64,000 bases of DNA from Camelus ferus (taxonomy: Eukaryota): positions 10,356,001-10,420,000 of the forward strand of contig NC_045698.1 in assembly GCF_009834535.1 (NCBI RefSeq), read 5' to 3'. Under the pieces are notes generated by a model that searched no databases, was not told the DNA's origin, and saw only the letters and a list, made by a program, of their open reading frames with translations. How positions within the stretch are numbered: position 1 is the stretch's first letter; every line of letters starts with the position of its first letter. This document shows positions 23,578 to 37,515 of the stretch, piece after piece. Position numbers and translations under genes: made by a program.

Positions 23578-26034
23578 GTTTAATCTTTCGTCTTAGTGAG
23601 AAGCTAATTTTGAGGCTTTAAGACCTTTAAGAAACATCGGTCTGTATGTAGCTTCTAGTAAAATGCAGACCAAGTAGAGTTCGTATGTTTTAAACAACGT
23701 CACTTCACAGTCTTCGTTTTTCTACAGTTCTGACAATGGTGATTCTTCCAGATTTGGGGGTGTGCAGTTGGTCTGCCCCTCCTGAGAGAATGTCACTCTA
23801 CTCTGTCCCTCTCCAGTTCGTTCCAATTAATTTTGGAGCATGCTGGTGGCTCCCACCAGTTGTCTGTGCCCTCTTTGTGTTCATCCTGGCACATCCTGGT
23901 GACCATCCTCTGGCCGCTGAGGGTTAGTCATCGTGTTGAGCTCAGTAATGCCGCGCAGGGCACAGCACTGAGGGGCTCACCTCGGTGATCACAGGCCCAG
24001 CCGTGTTCCGGGTCCCTCGGGGCCTGCGTATGACTTTAATGTCACCTTGGGAAGCAAATGCAAGAATTAGGCTATGGATTCTCCAGGGATCCAAAGAGAA
24101 AGGCAGGGAATTTGCAGATTTTGGCCCAAAGCCGAGGCATCTGCCTTCGTTGCTGGCGAAGCTGCCCGGAGTTCAGAGCATCGCTGGACCAGCCCTGCTG
24201 AGCACTCGCGTTCAGGTGGAGGTCTTGCCGGGCTGCCCGTTCACCCATTGCCAGGGTGTTTCCTAATTGCATGATACATTCAAGTCCTTGAACCTGAGTT
24301 GAAAATAAAGTACAACTTTTTTTTTCCAAGTTCATCTATTATATACAGAGGAGCCCTGGTGAACTTAAGCTACAAATAACATTTGTTCTGAAAGATTGCT
24401 TTTCACGTGTGCCTTTCCCGTGGCGTGTTCTTTACTTCCTGGTGTTCACAATTGCAGGCTGGCCGGGAGGAAAGAACTATGTATTTATTACACTTGACTT
24501 TGTCCTGAAAACTGCCTGTGGAAGTCAGGTTTGTGCTTGCTTTAAATGTAAGTTCCATTTTGTTCCCTGAGCCTTTTCGCTCTGATATTCTGTAACATTC
24601 TAGCACCTGAGAGGTTACTCCTGCCCCTCAAAGACCCTCCACTTTACTGAGAAGGTGTTTCTTTGTTGAGTAAAACCTGTTGTGAACTGTTGGTGCATAG
24701 ACAGGGGCTCAGAACCTTATCCATTTTTCCCTCTTTCCTGAATTTTTATTTTTCCTCTAATGCAAGGAAACTCTTGAAGTTTTCTGTTCCCTTGCAGTGT
24801 TAGGACTCGGGCGGTGGACGGGGGAAGGGAAAACCCTCCTTTGGGCTCTTTGACAAACCTCTGCCAGAACCTCCTGTCTGGGTTCCAGTCCAGGAAATCA
24901 GGCAGTGACCTGGGGCTCTGTCCAGGAGGGGAGCCTTCGCCAGGTAGTTGGGCCAACAAGGGACAAGGATCAGAAGCAAGACGCAGCAGCTGCAGGCTGA
25001 GAGACTGGTGCCAGCCAGGGAAGCAGGGATCCACTTAGCCCCACGGCCCCCCTTCTTGCTCTGGTGTGAAAAGGAGTGCGTGTGTTAGATTGTTCACACA
25101 CTGGCGTGTGCTGGGCCGTGGATGCTGGTTACTCACGGGTGTCTGCTGACCCAGTGTCTCATTCTGAGCCCAGTCCGCTTTGAGAGCTGTGCTGGGCTGG
25201 AAGGATACACAGGGAGGAGAAGGTGCGGCTCCTTGTGCCGCAGAACTGGCCCACTTCTTCCAGAGTCACACAAGTGCGGTCTCGCCTCTCACCCACCTCA
25301 GAACTCTCAGGCATTAGGGAGTGGTCACCATCGTCTGTCCCTGGTCACTTGCTGTTGATCTCTGAAGACTGGCTCTTGAACACCTGTGGTTCTCACTGCT
25401 CTGTCCTTCCAGGAGGAGGAATGAACGTGTTTACTAATCTCCGCTTCCAAAATTTTCTCAGCCCTAATGCCTCAAGTTTTTCACAACTCCCCAGTCCAAG
25501 CAACTTAAATTTCCATACATTTCAAATGGAAGAGACACACCTGTTGAGGGGAAATGTTTGTTTGTTTGATTGTGAATGATAAGATACTTAAGAATTGAAG
25601 CGTGGCTGTGAGTCTTAAGTCCCCAGGCCAGCCATGAGGGGCCCCGTAGTCCCCGTGAGCACTGCCGGGTCCCAGGTGTCGGGAAGCGTGGCTGGCATTG
25701 GCGGGCCGATGGGAGCACTTGCGCTTGGTGAGCGCTGGGCTGCTTTTGTCGTGCTGTGTCCCCCTGGCTGACGCAGGAGGTGGCAGGAAAGGAACTAAGC
25801 GAACAGGAAGTACAATTGCACAGCTAGTTCTTCAAGGAGATACTTCCGGGGCTGAAACTGGACTCCAGCGCGAACACCGTGTGGTTGAAAACACTCTCCG
25901 TTCCACGGGAAAGGCGGGTTTGGGGGGCTGCCGTCAGGCAGCCTTGGTGTCAGGCGTCTCCTAGTCCCTCTCTGGCTGCCCCCCACAGCGTTTCAGTCGC
26001 AGGTGGCGCCCAGATGGCAGGCACATTAAGCAGA

Positions 26035-26170
26035 AGGTGGATTCAGCTCATGGTTTATGGCTCCTGCCACCTGTCACCACATCAGAATCTCTGGGGTCAG
26101 GGCCTGGGCATGGAGGTTTCGTGTCTGGGCCCCAGCGGGTCCAGCACGCAACCAGATCGAGAAGCCCTGG
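26035..26170. mobile_element. MER5-like hAT-Charlie fragment
   Basis: atcagaatctctggggtcagggcctgggcat...gagaagccctg resembles MER5A. Confidence 0.5.
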
Positions 26171-27769
26171 CCCCCACACCCCTGTGTGTGATCCTTGATC
26201 GACTGCTGATACAGGATCATGGAATTATCTTTAATCTCTTACAAAATCCGAGGGATTTTCCCATCCTACTGTCTCACTTGGAAAGCTGTCACTTTTCTCC
26301 ACTTGCTTAGTCTTGGTCACAGAAAGTAAACAGGAATATCAGGAACGTTTATACTTTCCACAAGGCCGTGTCAAAATATCCCTGTTTTTGTGCTACCCTG
26401 GGCTGAGGAAGTAGGTCAGCTGTCCTCTTTCTTCGCAGCCAGAACCACCACATGTGCTAGTGTTTGAGAGTTTAGCGCCGGGGTTCAGGTGCTAACCCAG
26501 CAAGCATCCTGGAGCAGTGCAAGGGCCCTGGGCAGGCAGCAGTGCCCAGGGTTGGTGGTGATGGGGTGGAAGGTGGTACACATAGCACTGTCTCGGTCAG
26601 TAACCTGGGCAGAGGAGTATCTGTGCTTCCTGCCGGGTGCGTGTCTGAAGTGCATCGTGGCAGTCTTTTGATTGTATTTGCCTTTTTTAAGAGTAAGACA
26701 AGAATCCATCATTAGTCTTAAGGAGGCTGTGCCATCGTGCTCACAGCTGGTTCATTGCATCTGAAAAACTGCCCATGTGACTGTCATGGCACTGCCTGTC
26801 GCCTGCGTCTCCACCACCCAGCTTGGTACAGTTTGAGTTGAATTTGGAAAGTGGCTTTCAGCCACCACTAAATTGTTTTTGCTAAAATTCAGCTTTAAGA
26901 GAGGACCTTTCAGTGGTAAGAGTGCCGTTTATGGTTGGAGCCTTTAGAAGAGGTGACGTGTTGAACTTTGGATAGTCTGTGCTTTGTGTCAAGAGGGCCC
27001 GAGTTCTGATCCATCTTTGTCTTCAGTGACGTTGCAACCCTGGGCCTGAGTAGAGTGGAACGAGGTGACCCCTGAGGTCCTCGCCAGCTCTGATGGTTTA
27101 AGGCTATGTTTCTTTTGCGGTCTTTCTGAATAAAGGCCAATTCCAAACCTCCCCCTTCTCCTTGCACCAGTCCCTAATGAGGCGACGGGTGGTTTTTTTG
27201 CTAGTTCATTGATATGTTTAGAAGACAATACCCGCTTAGGGACTTACCCTTAACCTCTCTGAAAGTTGTTTATGGTTATGCAGTTTTTTTCTTTCTAGGA
27301 TGGCGTAGAGGTCAGTACTTGAAGTTAAAAAGCATGATTTTTTTCACTCTGAGTTCTTCGTTAGAACAACAAGGGAACAAAAACATGAGAAATAAAATTT
27401 CTTGTTTGCTGGTCACTTGGGCCTCAACACCCAGGGGCTTTCATTGAACACACCACGCTGACTGAAAACGATGTTCCCGAAATAATCCCCCCCCCCCCCG
27501 CTTCCGGTTTCCCACACCAACCGCAGAAAGTGGGCACCGTCGGGATCAGGTCTCCTTCTTGACCAGACTGGCCGTCGTCATAAAGAGAAGGACTTATCTT
27601 TCATAAAAGCAGTGATACGTGATTGTTATCATTGAAGTGGAGCATTTTCTTTAATCCAAGTTAAAATTAGGAAAGTGAGAGACTTTCATGAGAAACTACC
27701 TGAAATATAGGTTTTTCTCCGGGTGGCCTCCTTGCCTCCCTTGGAGCTCTCTGCCAAGGTTCTCCTGTC

Positions 27770-28740
27770 CATCCTTCTCTCTGCCTGAATGTTTGACTCT
27801 CCACTGGACTGTCCAGCCAACTTCTTTAAACCTATTATATTCAAATTCCCTCTCCTACCACCTCCCCAGAAGTGGAAATGGCCCAACGTATCCCCCAGAA
27901 GACAGCTAAGATGCTTGAGACTCTCTTCACTGCCCTCCACATTTTCTTTCTAACTGTAGTCACATACACATAATGTAGAATTTACCATCGTAACCACTGT
28001 GAAGTGCACACGTCAGTGGCATCAGGGACACGCCCACTGTTGTGTCCGTCCACCCACAGCTGTCTGCATCTTCCCAACTGAAAAGCTTCCCCACTGAGCA
28101 CTCACTCTCCACCCCCACCTGCAGCCCCTGCAACCACCGTTCTCCTCTGTCTCTGTGAACTTGACTCCTCTCTGGACTTCATCAGTGGAATCACACAGTG
28201 TTTGTGGTTTTGTGTCTGGCTTACTTCACTTCGCAGAATGTCCTCCAGGTTCATCCGTGCTGGAACCTGTGTCAGAATTTCTTTCTGTTTTAAGGCTGAA
28301 TAATATTCCACATATGGATAGGTTACATTCTGTTAATCCATTCATCTGCTGATGGATGCTGGGGCTGCTTCCACCTTTTGGCTGTTGTGAGTAACGCCAG
28401 TAAATCGCTCTTCAGATCACTGCTTTCAGTGCTTTGGGGCGTATATTCAGGAGTGGAATCGCCGGATCGTATGGTAGTTCTATTTTTACTTTTTCAAGCA
28501 TGCCCACCACACTTGTTACCTTTGTCTGAATAATACATTTCAAGCATCTTCTCTTTTCTCCATCACCACGTTGCCTCTTCCCCACCAGATCTCCTGCCTC
28601 CCTTCTCACCCTCTTACTGCGGCTGAAACACAAATCTGGTCACACTGTGCGCCTGTTTGCACCTCTTCAGTGACTTGCTCTTGGTCATAGAATAAAATCC
28701 CAGCTTCCTAACACGTCCTCCACAGCCTTGCACCTCTCAC
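27770..28740 (+). mobile_element. L2 LINE fragment interrupted by an L1
   Basis: L2-like motifs ctccactggactgtcc (left) and aaatctggtcacac...agaataaaatcccagcttcct (right) flank the L1. Confidence 0.5.
27943..28497 (-). mobile_element. L1 (L1MB-like) 3' fragment: ORF2 C-terminus plus 3' UTR
   Basis: Minus-strand peptides MEYYSALKQKEIL...MNLEDILRSEVSQ and IELPYDPAIPLL are L1 ORF2p C-terminal motifs. Confidence 0.9.
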
Positions 28741-31724
28741 TCATGTGCACGGGCGCACACACACCCTTTCTCCCCTTGGTGTGGGTCAGCAAGTAACAGG
28801 GTGGGAGGGTCTTACCCCCTCGCCCCTACCTGACACTCCTGTCCTTTCTCATCAAATAAACAATGAAAAATCCTAAAGGAAAAAAAAACTTAATGTACCC
28901 AGTAAGTCTGTGGAGGTGAGGGTGTAATTAACAAGTGCTTCAACACAAGAGCTAACATCGGGGTAACCTGAGAAGGTCCCTGCGAGATGAGCTCCCGGGA
29001 CCACTGAAGGTGCAGGAGGAGCCGCATAGGAATTCGCGGAAAGTCCGTTAAAACATTTTAACAGGAGTGGGGTTGCAGTTATTGTGCTAAACTTATAGCT
29101 GTGATGGGGGGAGTACAAGGGACAGAGCCTGTAAACAGCAGGGTTGACGGGGGACAGAGGGCCTCCTCCCACAGCCGTCGTGGAAAGGGGGACCCTGGGT
29201 AGGGGGCTGTCTCAGCAGGGGTGCTCGTGGGTACACGAGTGCAGGTCAGCATAATCCATCCTGTCTAGTTAGGTTCTTTTACTTCGAAGATACACAGGGC
29301 GTGTGGATACACTCCCTGGGGCCGTTACTCACAGCTGTGTGGAAGGGACACACCACTGGTTCCAGGGGTTACTCCTCAGAATCACACATCATTTCTTAGA
29401 GTGAGTGACTCTGCCGCGGTCCCGGGGCCTGGAGGGTATAAGATCCATGTCTGAGTCTGGGGTAATGACCACTGGTGCAGCCGCTGTGCGAGTGTAAAAT
29501 TAGGGCGTTTACCTTAGGGCCTGAGTTGCAGTGCGTCTGAGACCCTGTCGCCATCCCTCCAGGGCTGTTGTCCTCACCTGGCCCTTCAGCCTCCTCGTCC
29601 CATCCTGTGAAGTGAGGACTCTGCCCCTTTGCTAGTGGCACCCCCCGCCGCCCGCCCCTCACTCCCGTGTCCCTGGGTCTCATGCCTGTACAGATGAGAC
29701 CAGGTGGCAGGACTCACCAGAGGTTCCAGACAGTGGAAGGGGTGGAGTCGGCAGCCCCAGGCCCAAGCCACCCTGCCTGGCTTCCCAGCCTGTGCAGTCT
29801 TCAGGGTTGAGCTGGGCCCCGGCCCCAGGGTGGACTTTAAAGCTGTTTTCCTGCTCAGAATACAAGCAGTTACTAAGATTGCTCTCTCTCATCCAGACCA
29901 CCTTCTCAGTTCCCAGGACAGCATCAGCCCAGCCCAGCAGAGGAGGGGGAGCCTGGCCTCGCGGGGCCGGGGCCTCGTCCTTTCCCCTCATCACCCCTAC
30001 CCAGGAAAGCAGCAGCTCTGCGGAGAGTCAGGTGCTTCTCCGACCTTCACTAGAAGCCTGTGTGACCGGAGAGTGAGCTCCAGACCTCCTGCATTTCCCC
30101 AAGGATACCTTCCCCAAGGATACCGGGGGTGGCTTGATGTAAATCTGTCCAGCCCGAGTATCATCCTTCTCAAATCATGAAACCCTCTGTCCCAAGGATG
30201 CGTCTAAGTCTCTAACTCTTAGGACTGCTTATGGCTTTTAAATGCCCTAATATGTTTTTGGAAAACAGAAGGCATTAAAAAGGCTTTAGTAACGTTGAAA
30301 TTTTTTGTTGAATATATTGTGATTCTGGTATATTTGGACATTGGCATAATTACTGCTGTTAATCAGAAAACACACCCACCCCGAGCACCAGTGCATAGAC
30401 CTTTCAAACCTGTGTCTGCCCACACATTCTTTAAATATATATATAAAAGAAGATCTATGTACTTCGAAAAATTAACTTGGAAAAGAGCACTTTTTAGTCT
30501 GTTTGAACAGCTGCTAATGTCAATCCCTGTGGGAAGGAAAACTGAGGAACGTGGAGTTGCACAAGAACAAAGACTCTGTCCCTCTCTGGAGCCCTGTGGA
30601 CCCAGGGCCATATGATCAGCCCGAGACTTGTGATTAAGGAGCGTTTTCTGCACAGTGTGTAATTACAGAGCTGCACAAGTGGGCCATGCCTGTGCTGCAT
30701 GCTTCACTTTGGAGGTATTTTCATGTTCCAACTTTACAGTAAAGTGTTTATTAAAACAGGAAAAAGGCTGTGAGCAGGCATTGACACCATCCGTATTAGA
30801 TGATCACAAAATTATATATATAGCAGAGCTGTAAACAATGAATGAGAAAACCGTCTTCCCACACTTGATTTCAGCAGCCATGACACAGTGTTTAGGGAAA
30901 GCTATGTAATCGGGAGGAGAGATCACTACGAAAACAGAAGTGCGTCTCATTCAGGGTGACTCATGGCCTGGCAGGGGCGGCTGCAGGTCCCGGGTGGAGG
31001 TGTCTGCTCCCCACCCTTCTGTGGACTCCACTGTTTTAACTGTCTCCTTTCTGTCATATGTTCATATCAGATTTTGCTGTTTATTAGACAATCCAGGATT
31101 TCTCTTTTAAATTTATTCACTCTACTTGGCACCTGCAGAAGCTGTAAGAAATTACATGGCAGTGATGTTTGGTGAGAGGTCGTTTAAAAGTACCATGTGC
31201 TGGGGTTTTCATTAACTGTTTTGAAAATGAATAAATGCTGTACATGGAGGGGAACAATTGTTACATTTCAGTCCAAGTAAGTGGGTATCTACTAGATTGT
31301 GGCTCTGGGGACGTCTGATTATACAACACCCAAGCACCCACAGAGAAGAGTGTGCCAGAAAACCACAGAAAGAGCGTTTGATTTTTGCTTCTGTGTTCCT
31401 TTCTCTGTTCCAAGAAGCATGAGATGATTGGGTGATTATTTTGCGTTCCTAGAGCTAACTTTCCCATCGGCAGTTAGATTTGACTGTAGGTCCTGACAGC
31501 TGAGCTGCCACGGGCAAGGAGAGGGGGAAATACCCTGGAGACCCTGGCCGATGCTGCAGCAGCGGGCCCTGCAAGCTTCTGAACCACGTATCCCTGGCCA
31601 AATCAGACAGAAGCCATGGTACCTACCCCAGAAAAATGTACACAGGTACACAGCTTTTGCATACAACTTCAGCGACCCCCACATTCAGATCTTCCTTTCT
31701 ATAGAAGGGAAGAAATGCCAAATT

Positions 31725-32200
31725 TTAAAACTTATTTTTAGATATTTCATGTGGTTCAAAACTAAGAGGTATAAACTGAGAAATCTGTTTGCCATAGTCT
31801 TGTCATCCGGGTAGAGATCCCATTTTCATTCATTCCCAGCTCCACATCTGATATTCTGTTAGGCACATACAGACGTGTATTCACTCCTCCTTTCGTGTTT
31901 TTACGTAAAAGGCAGTGTATCTTGCCCCTGGCTTTTTCACGCTGCCGTATCTTTTAGAAACTACTTTCGTACAGAGAGAGGCGGATGCCTCATTCTTTTT
32001 CACGGACCTGGAGGACTTCACATGTGCACACAACTCAGGTTATTAACTAGTGTGTGGCGGAGCCCGTGGGTTGCTTTTGGTCTGCTGCTGCTGTAAGCGG
32101 GGTCACAGCCCAACCCTCTGTGTGTCCGTCTTTTCATTCATGTGCAAGGAATTCTGCAGGATTGATGAGTTGAAGGGTAAATGCATTTGGAAAATAAACT
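31725..32200 (-). mobile_element. Old L1 (L1ME-like) fragment
   Basis: cctcattcttttt...gtgggttgctttt...gttgaagggtaaatgcattt resembles an antisense L1ME 3' end. Confidence 0.5.
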
Positions 32201-33552
32201 TTTGAAGAAGAATCACCTGAATCATCAATTAACTACATCAGAAAAAAAAATCACAGTAAATGTGCTATTTAATGACGTTAGCTTTTATGTACTTTTCTCA
32301 TCTTTATCAGATTTGAGCTATACCGATCACCTGGAGTTCTCTAATTTCATCTTGCACGTTTAGGGAGAAAATAATTGACCCCTTTGAATAAGGTCACTCT
32401 TTAAAATCATTCATATAAATTACATCGTAAGCTTCCAGTGACTTCTGTGAGGTGAGATTTTGATGGACGTTTTCCCACAGAGCTCTGCAGGGGTGCGTGC
32501 AGTGAAATATTAACGTGAACAGTATTTCACCTTTATTCATGCAGTGTCTGCATTTGTATTACAGACTCAGTCAAAGGGGTGCAAATTAGGAGTTCGACCC
32601 TAAATGTAGAGTGGTGGCAGTTTCAAAGAATGAGTAACTTCCCTCAGCATGTGTATAAAAATAGCTTTTTGTGGTGCCACTGTTTTGCCTTCCATCCACG
32701 CAAGGCTTCATAAGAATCCAGACCACACTGTCACCTGTGAGAAACACACTCACAAGACAGTGCTGGCTGTAGTTTTTGTAATGGGCTTTAAAGTCTCTGT
32801 GTACTCTCTGTATTTTCTAGGATTCAGCTTCTAATTGCAAATATTTCACAATGAATTTTGAAAAATTCTGTTTTTAAAACCCTCCCCAATCTAACTTTTT
32901 TCGTCCTTTACTGACACTCTGAAAGGATTTGGTGGGGGGGTGTGGATGGAGGTCAGTCAGTGGGGTAAAGAGGCTGACCTTTGAACTCTCACCCCCACAG
33001 CTAGCTCTGTCTAGGAGAAGGTTCTGGCTCCTTTCCTGGCATTCGGTGAGGACTAGAGCGGGGCTACCCTGGAGTCTTCTGAGACACTTCCGTGCTTGGG
33101 CCTTCAAGGCGTGTTGTCGTGTGGTCTAACTGGCTGCGGTGCTTTGCACAGTGTGGTCATTCCACAAGGCTGACTATTCAAGGGCGCTGTCATTTTCCCC
33201 CAAAGTTTTCAGCCAAGCTCAGGACAGGGGACCCAGTGTGTTTATTGTCTGAAGGGCCCTTGCAAACATTTGAGAAGATGGTAAATAGGCTCATGCGCCT
33301 TGGCTGCGCTGCAAGACAGCTCTGGAATCTCTGTATCCTTCTCCGTTGTCATGCCTGCAGCCCTGTGTGTTCAGTTGCATCCTTTTCTTCCCCTACCCCT
33401 TCTTCTGAGTCTGTGGAACTTTGAACTTACTAGAAGGAAAGAATATTTAAGTTCTGTTCTTAGAGATAGGTCAGTTTCCTGCTGTCTCAAAACTAATGAG
33501 AGCATTTCCGCCTCAGATTATGGAGCAGATGGGTGTCAGTTGGGATGGAGGG

Positions 33553-33939
33553 TGCCTTAGTCATCTCGGGCGGCCGTAACAAGATCCCACAGGCTGCATG
33601 GCGTAAACAACTCTCCTAGTCCTGGAAGCTCGAGGTCCAAGATCAGTGTCGGCAGGGCTGGTTTCTCCTGAGGCCTCTCTCCTTGGCTTGCAGATGGCCG
33701 CCTTCTTGCTTGTCCTCGCGTGCTTCTGCCTCTGTGTGTACCCCCGGGGTTTCTCACGTATCCAGATTTCCTGTTCTTACAAGGACACCAGTCAGATTAG
33801 GACGCACCCTAATAGCTTCGTTGCAACCTGATCACCGTTTCAAGACCCTGTCTACGGATCTGGTTACATTCTGAGGTACTGGGGGTTAGGACTTGAACAT
33901 TATAATTGGGGGGAGGGTGGGCACAATCACCACACAGCA
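33553..33939 (-). mobile_element. MLT1 (MaLR) solo LTR, MLT1B-like
   Basis: TG...CA ends and typical blocks (gaggcctctctccttggcttgcagatggccgccttct; cattctgaggtactgggggttaggactt). 5-bp flanks gaggg/aaggg fit a TSD at 4/5. Confidence 0.9.
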
Positions 33940-33994
33940 AAGGGACTGCCAGAGCCTCAGGAGAGTAACAGCAGTGACAGGAGATATCGAGGGT

Positions 33995-34198
33995 TGGCGA
34001 TGTGCCAGGCACTGTGCTGCTTCTCTGAACGTTTAATCCTCAAGAGGCCCCGATGGCAACGTATACCATTATCATCCCTATCTTATGGTAAGAACATGGA
34101 GACACGGGAATTAACTTGACCAGGCTTGGTAGGTGATGGAAAAGGGGATTCTAAAAGCAGCAGTCAGACCTCAGGCTCCAGTTCCCAACCACTGCGCA
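33995..34198 (-). mobile_element. MIR SINE
   Basis: atgtgccaggcactgtgct...tttaatcctca...attatcatccctatctta...aaccactgcgc matches antisense MIR. Confidence 0.65.
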
Positions 34199-35339
34199 TC
34201 TGCTCCCTTTACACTGACAAGGGAATGATGCTCTGCGTTTACATGTGTGTTCAGCAGCCACGTGCATGGAAGGAGCCTGTGGTCCGGAGGGAAGCTATAG
34301 CCTCTGGAGACTCAGTCGCCCAAGGCAGCCCTCATTTGTGGAAGAGCTGATTACAGAAGCCGCTCTCCCAGGTCCACCACACGTGAGACCACTTGCCCGC
34401 CTGGAACTGAGGTCATTCCTAAGGGCTTCCCATCCCCGCCTCCCGCCACGTCCAGTAGTCACTTCCTCTGAAAAGAGAAAACCTTCAGAACGTTGACACT
34501 GTTTTCAGTTCTGATTTGACATGAGTCTTCTGTTTTCAGTTATGATTTGGTAATTCCCACTGCTTTCCATCACCCGAAGGAGCTGCCTTAATGGAAATCT
34601 GTCCCTTTTCCTTCTCCTCTTCCTCCTGCTTGAGTCAGGCACAGAACTTGACCCTCAGTGGTGTTGTTGTGAGTGAATGAATGGAAGAACCAATCATGAG
34701 TCAAAACAAAACAAAAAAATTTTAATCAATTTACATCTGGAAGTAAAACTTTTCTGCTCCACAACCCATATCCCCCTTCTCCTCCTCAGCTTCTGACCAC
34801 CCCCCAGCCACCCAAATCAAAATCTGCCCCTTGGCCATCCTTGGAAGAGCTGGGGAGATAAGCTTCCTGTCAGGTCCACCCTCCCCGGGTGAGCCTGTGT
34901 CCTCGCCCTCTGAAGCATCACAGATTCGGGACATGACAGGCAGGTGTGGGCCGCCAGGAGTTGGCGACCTTGCTCTAATTTTTTGAGCACTATTGCTTTT
35001 GTTAGGATTTTGGGGAATACTCTTGTGGAGTTACCATCTCATATTGCCATTCTGCAAATAATCCACATGCTGATGCAAACAGAGTGTCACGTGGTGAGTT
35101 ACAGTGAAGTGGGAAAAAGGAGTCCTTGAATGTTGGTTTTGTTCAAGTTAGAGAAAAACTCACATCGTCTGTGAAAAGATAGTAAGTAAAGCAATGAAAA
35201 GGAGCCTATCGGATTTTTGGCACCCAGATGAAGGGTCTGAACGCCTCAATAAAGGTGCTTTTGTGGGTCGGCAACTGTGCCAGAAGGCGGCAGGAAATAA
35301 CGTGCTGAATGGGGCCCTCAGAAGCAGGATTCAGTCCTG

Positions 35340-35640
35340 CGTCCGCTCCCTCCGGAGCGGGAGGTGTTATCTGCGGGGTAGGAAACTGGACAAAACGTCC
35401 TCCGAACAGGGGTATCTTTGTGCCTGGAACCTGAGAACCTCCATCCCGGCGGCGCAGCTGTGCTGAGGCCAGCGCCGTGGGCACGCCGCGCAGAGGGAAG
35501 CAGGGCTGGGGCCGGGGGGCAGGTCAGGAGGCAGCCCGGAGCCGCCGTCCGTCCGTCCGCGGGAAGGGCTGGTTTGCTCCAGCCGGTCAGCAGCCGCGCC
35601 TGCTCCTCCAAGTAGCTGGGTTTCAGGACCAGCTGGAACG
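35340..35640. promoter_or_regulatory. Intronic CpG-dense element (candidate enhancer or promoter)
   Basis: About 27 CpGs in 300 bp by hand count, within AT-rich flanks. Includes a G-quadruplex motif at 35495-35519. Confidence 0.4.
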
Positions 35641-37120
35641 GAGGCAACTACGTTTATCAGGATCATTGACAGTGTTTCAAGTCTCAAGGAAACACTGTTA
35701 CGTTTTAAAGGAAATTATAAATAATGTTCCTAAGAGTTGTGCCGTTGAGTTTCCATCTCAAAATGTGGCTGCCGTTGTTTTCCGGATCCCGTCTTTGGCT
35801 TATAAGATTTTGAGGACCTTTTCATTCAGCATTAACTAAGTGTCTAATTATTATGTTTGCTTCCTCTTCAGAAAGTGCTGTAATCTTAATAGAAAGACTT
35901 TAGGTCCTTTGGCATCTGAATTTTAATTTTACAAACAGCTTTAAGTATAATTTTAGTCCTGATTTAATAAAGCACCATTTATTTGTATATAGATCTTCTT
36001 CACTGATGTGGGTTTTGTTTTGTTTTGTTTTGTTTTGAGACCTCCTTTGGCAAAAATGATCTTATGTTTTTGGACAGATTAATTATAGGCACTAGAATGT
36101 TGAGGTTCTCATTTTAAATATTTGAGGAATAATTATCACAAGAAAAACTTACATGAAAAGTGATATTGGAGGTCGTTGATTTTGACCAAATTTCTTCTCA
36201 ATCAATTTAAATGAAAGTACCTTTATTTTCATGAGAATGATATTGACTAATACAAATTTGCCCACGATTATGCAAAGAATGATTTTTCTGTTTCTTCAGT
36301 ATATTTTTTTAATAAGTCAAAGATACCTTTATTCACAGGTCATTAATTTGCCTAATATGTTTTTTCTCCATAGAAGTTCTCTAACTTTGCCTACTTTTCT
36401 CTGGTATCTTTTTCACATTCTCAATTTCTTTTTACATAACATAACAATCAATTATTTTTTAAAAACTTTTTCTTTAAAGATCATTTTAGATCTTAGAGGG
36501 AAGGTGCAGCCCTGAGGCAGCACCGTTAACCAGGACACAGACCTGATTTTGGATTTTGCTTTAGTCTTTTTTTTTCTGGCTCTGGATCCAATCCAGGACC
36601 CACTTCATATTTAGTCTCCTCCAGTCTACTGTGTTCTTCCACTGCTTTGGTTTTTCATGAACTTGACGCTGTTGAGATATTAGCCATCCTTTATTTTGTA
36701 AGATGTCCCCCCGCCAATTAGTTTATTTGATGTTTTCTCATGATTCAATGGTGCTTACACATTTGGGGCAAGAATACCACAAAAATGAAGCTGTGCCCTA
36801 CTCAGTGTGTCCTATGCAAGGTGGGGGCCACAGGAGGACCTGGACATGTCTGGCGGTGGTAACCTCGAACACCCGGTTCAAGTAGTGTCTGCAGATTCCC
36901 CCACTGAAATTACTGGTGTTCTGTTTGTAATTAATAAATACCTTGTAGGAGATGTGCTGAAACTATGCGAATGTTCTCTCTCCTCTTGCCTCTCCCCACT
37001 CGTCTTAGCATCCCTGCAACAGCTATTACAGTGGAGGTTGCCTACTGGTGGTTTTGTGTTTTCCTCATCCCTTTTAAATTTATTCATTAGAATTCTGTCA
37101 GGAAGAGTGGTACCTCTGCC

Positions 37121-37170
37121 GTATGTATGTATGTATGTATGTATGTATGTATGTATGTATGTATGTATGT
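37121..37170. repeat. (GTAT)12.5 tetranucleotide microsatellite
   Basis: Perfect 50-nt array. Confidence 0.97.
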
Positions 37171-37475
37171 CAGTATGGAGTCATGGAGATATATTTTATT
37201 CAGTACTGTCATGTATTTTGTCGTTCAGATTGTTCCATCTTTGGCCGTTAGGGGTGTCTTCAGGTCAGCTTCCGTGTACTCGGGACACACCTGCCGTGTC
37301 ATTTTTGGAGCACTTCCTTGCTTCCTGACAATACGGGATGCTCCTGGCTCATCTGATATTTTCCTTGCCTCAGCTCTGGATCATCTGTTTCTTTAGGTCT
37401 TCTCAGCAGACACGTCTGTTTACCTACCTGTGTGTGCACACGTGTCTATAGTCACATTCTGTCTCCCTCCCCCCC

Positions 37476-37477
<2 letters not shown>

Positions 37478-37513
<36 letters not shown>
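37478..37513. repeat. (GT)18 microsatellite preceded by a C-run
   Basis: Perfect 36-nt array. Confidence 0.97.

Positions 37514-37515
<2 letters not shown>

Noticed and set aside
32047..32098. GLLLVCCC followed by gtaagc, superficially like the Cys-rich Kalirin Duet first exon
   Set aside because: There is an in-frame TAA immediately upstream with no ATG, and it lies within an old L1 fragment.
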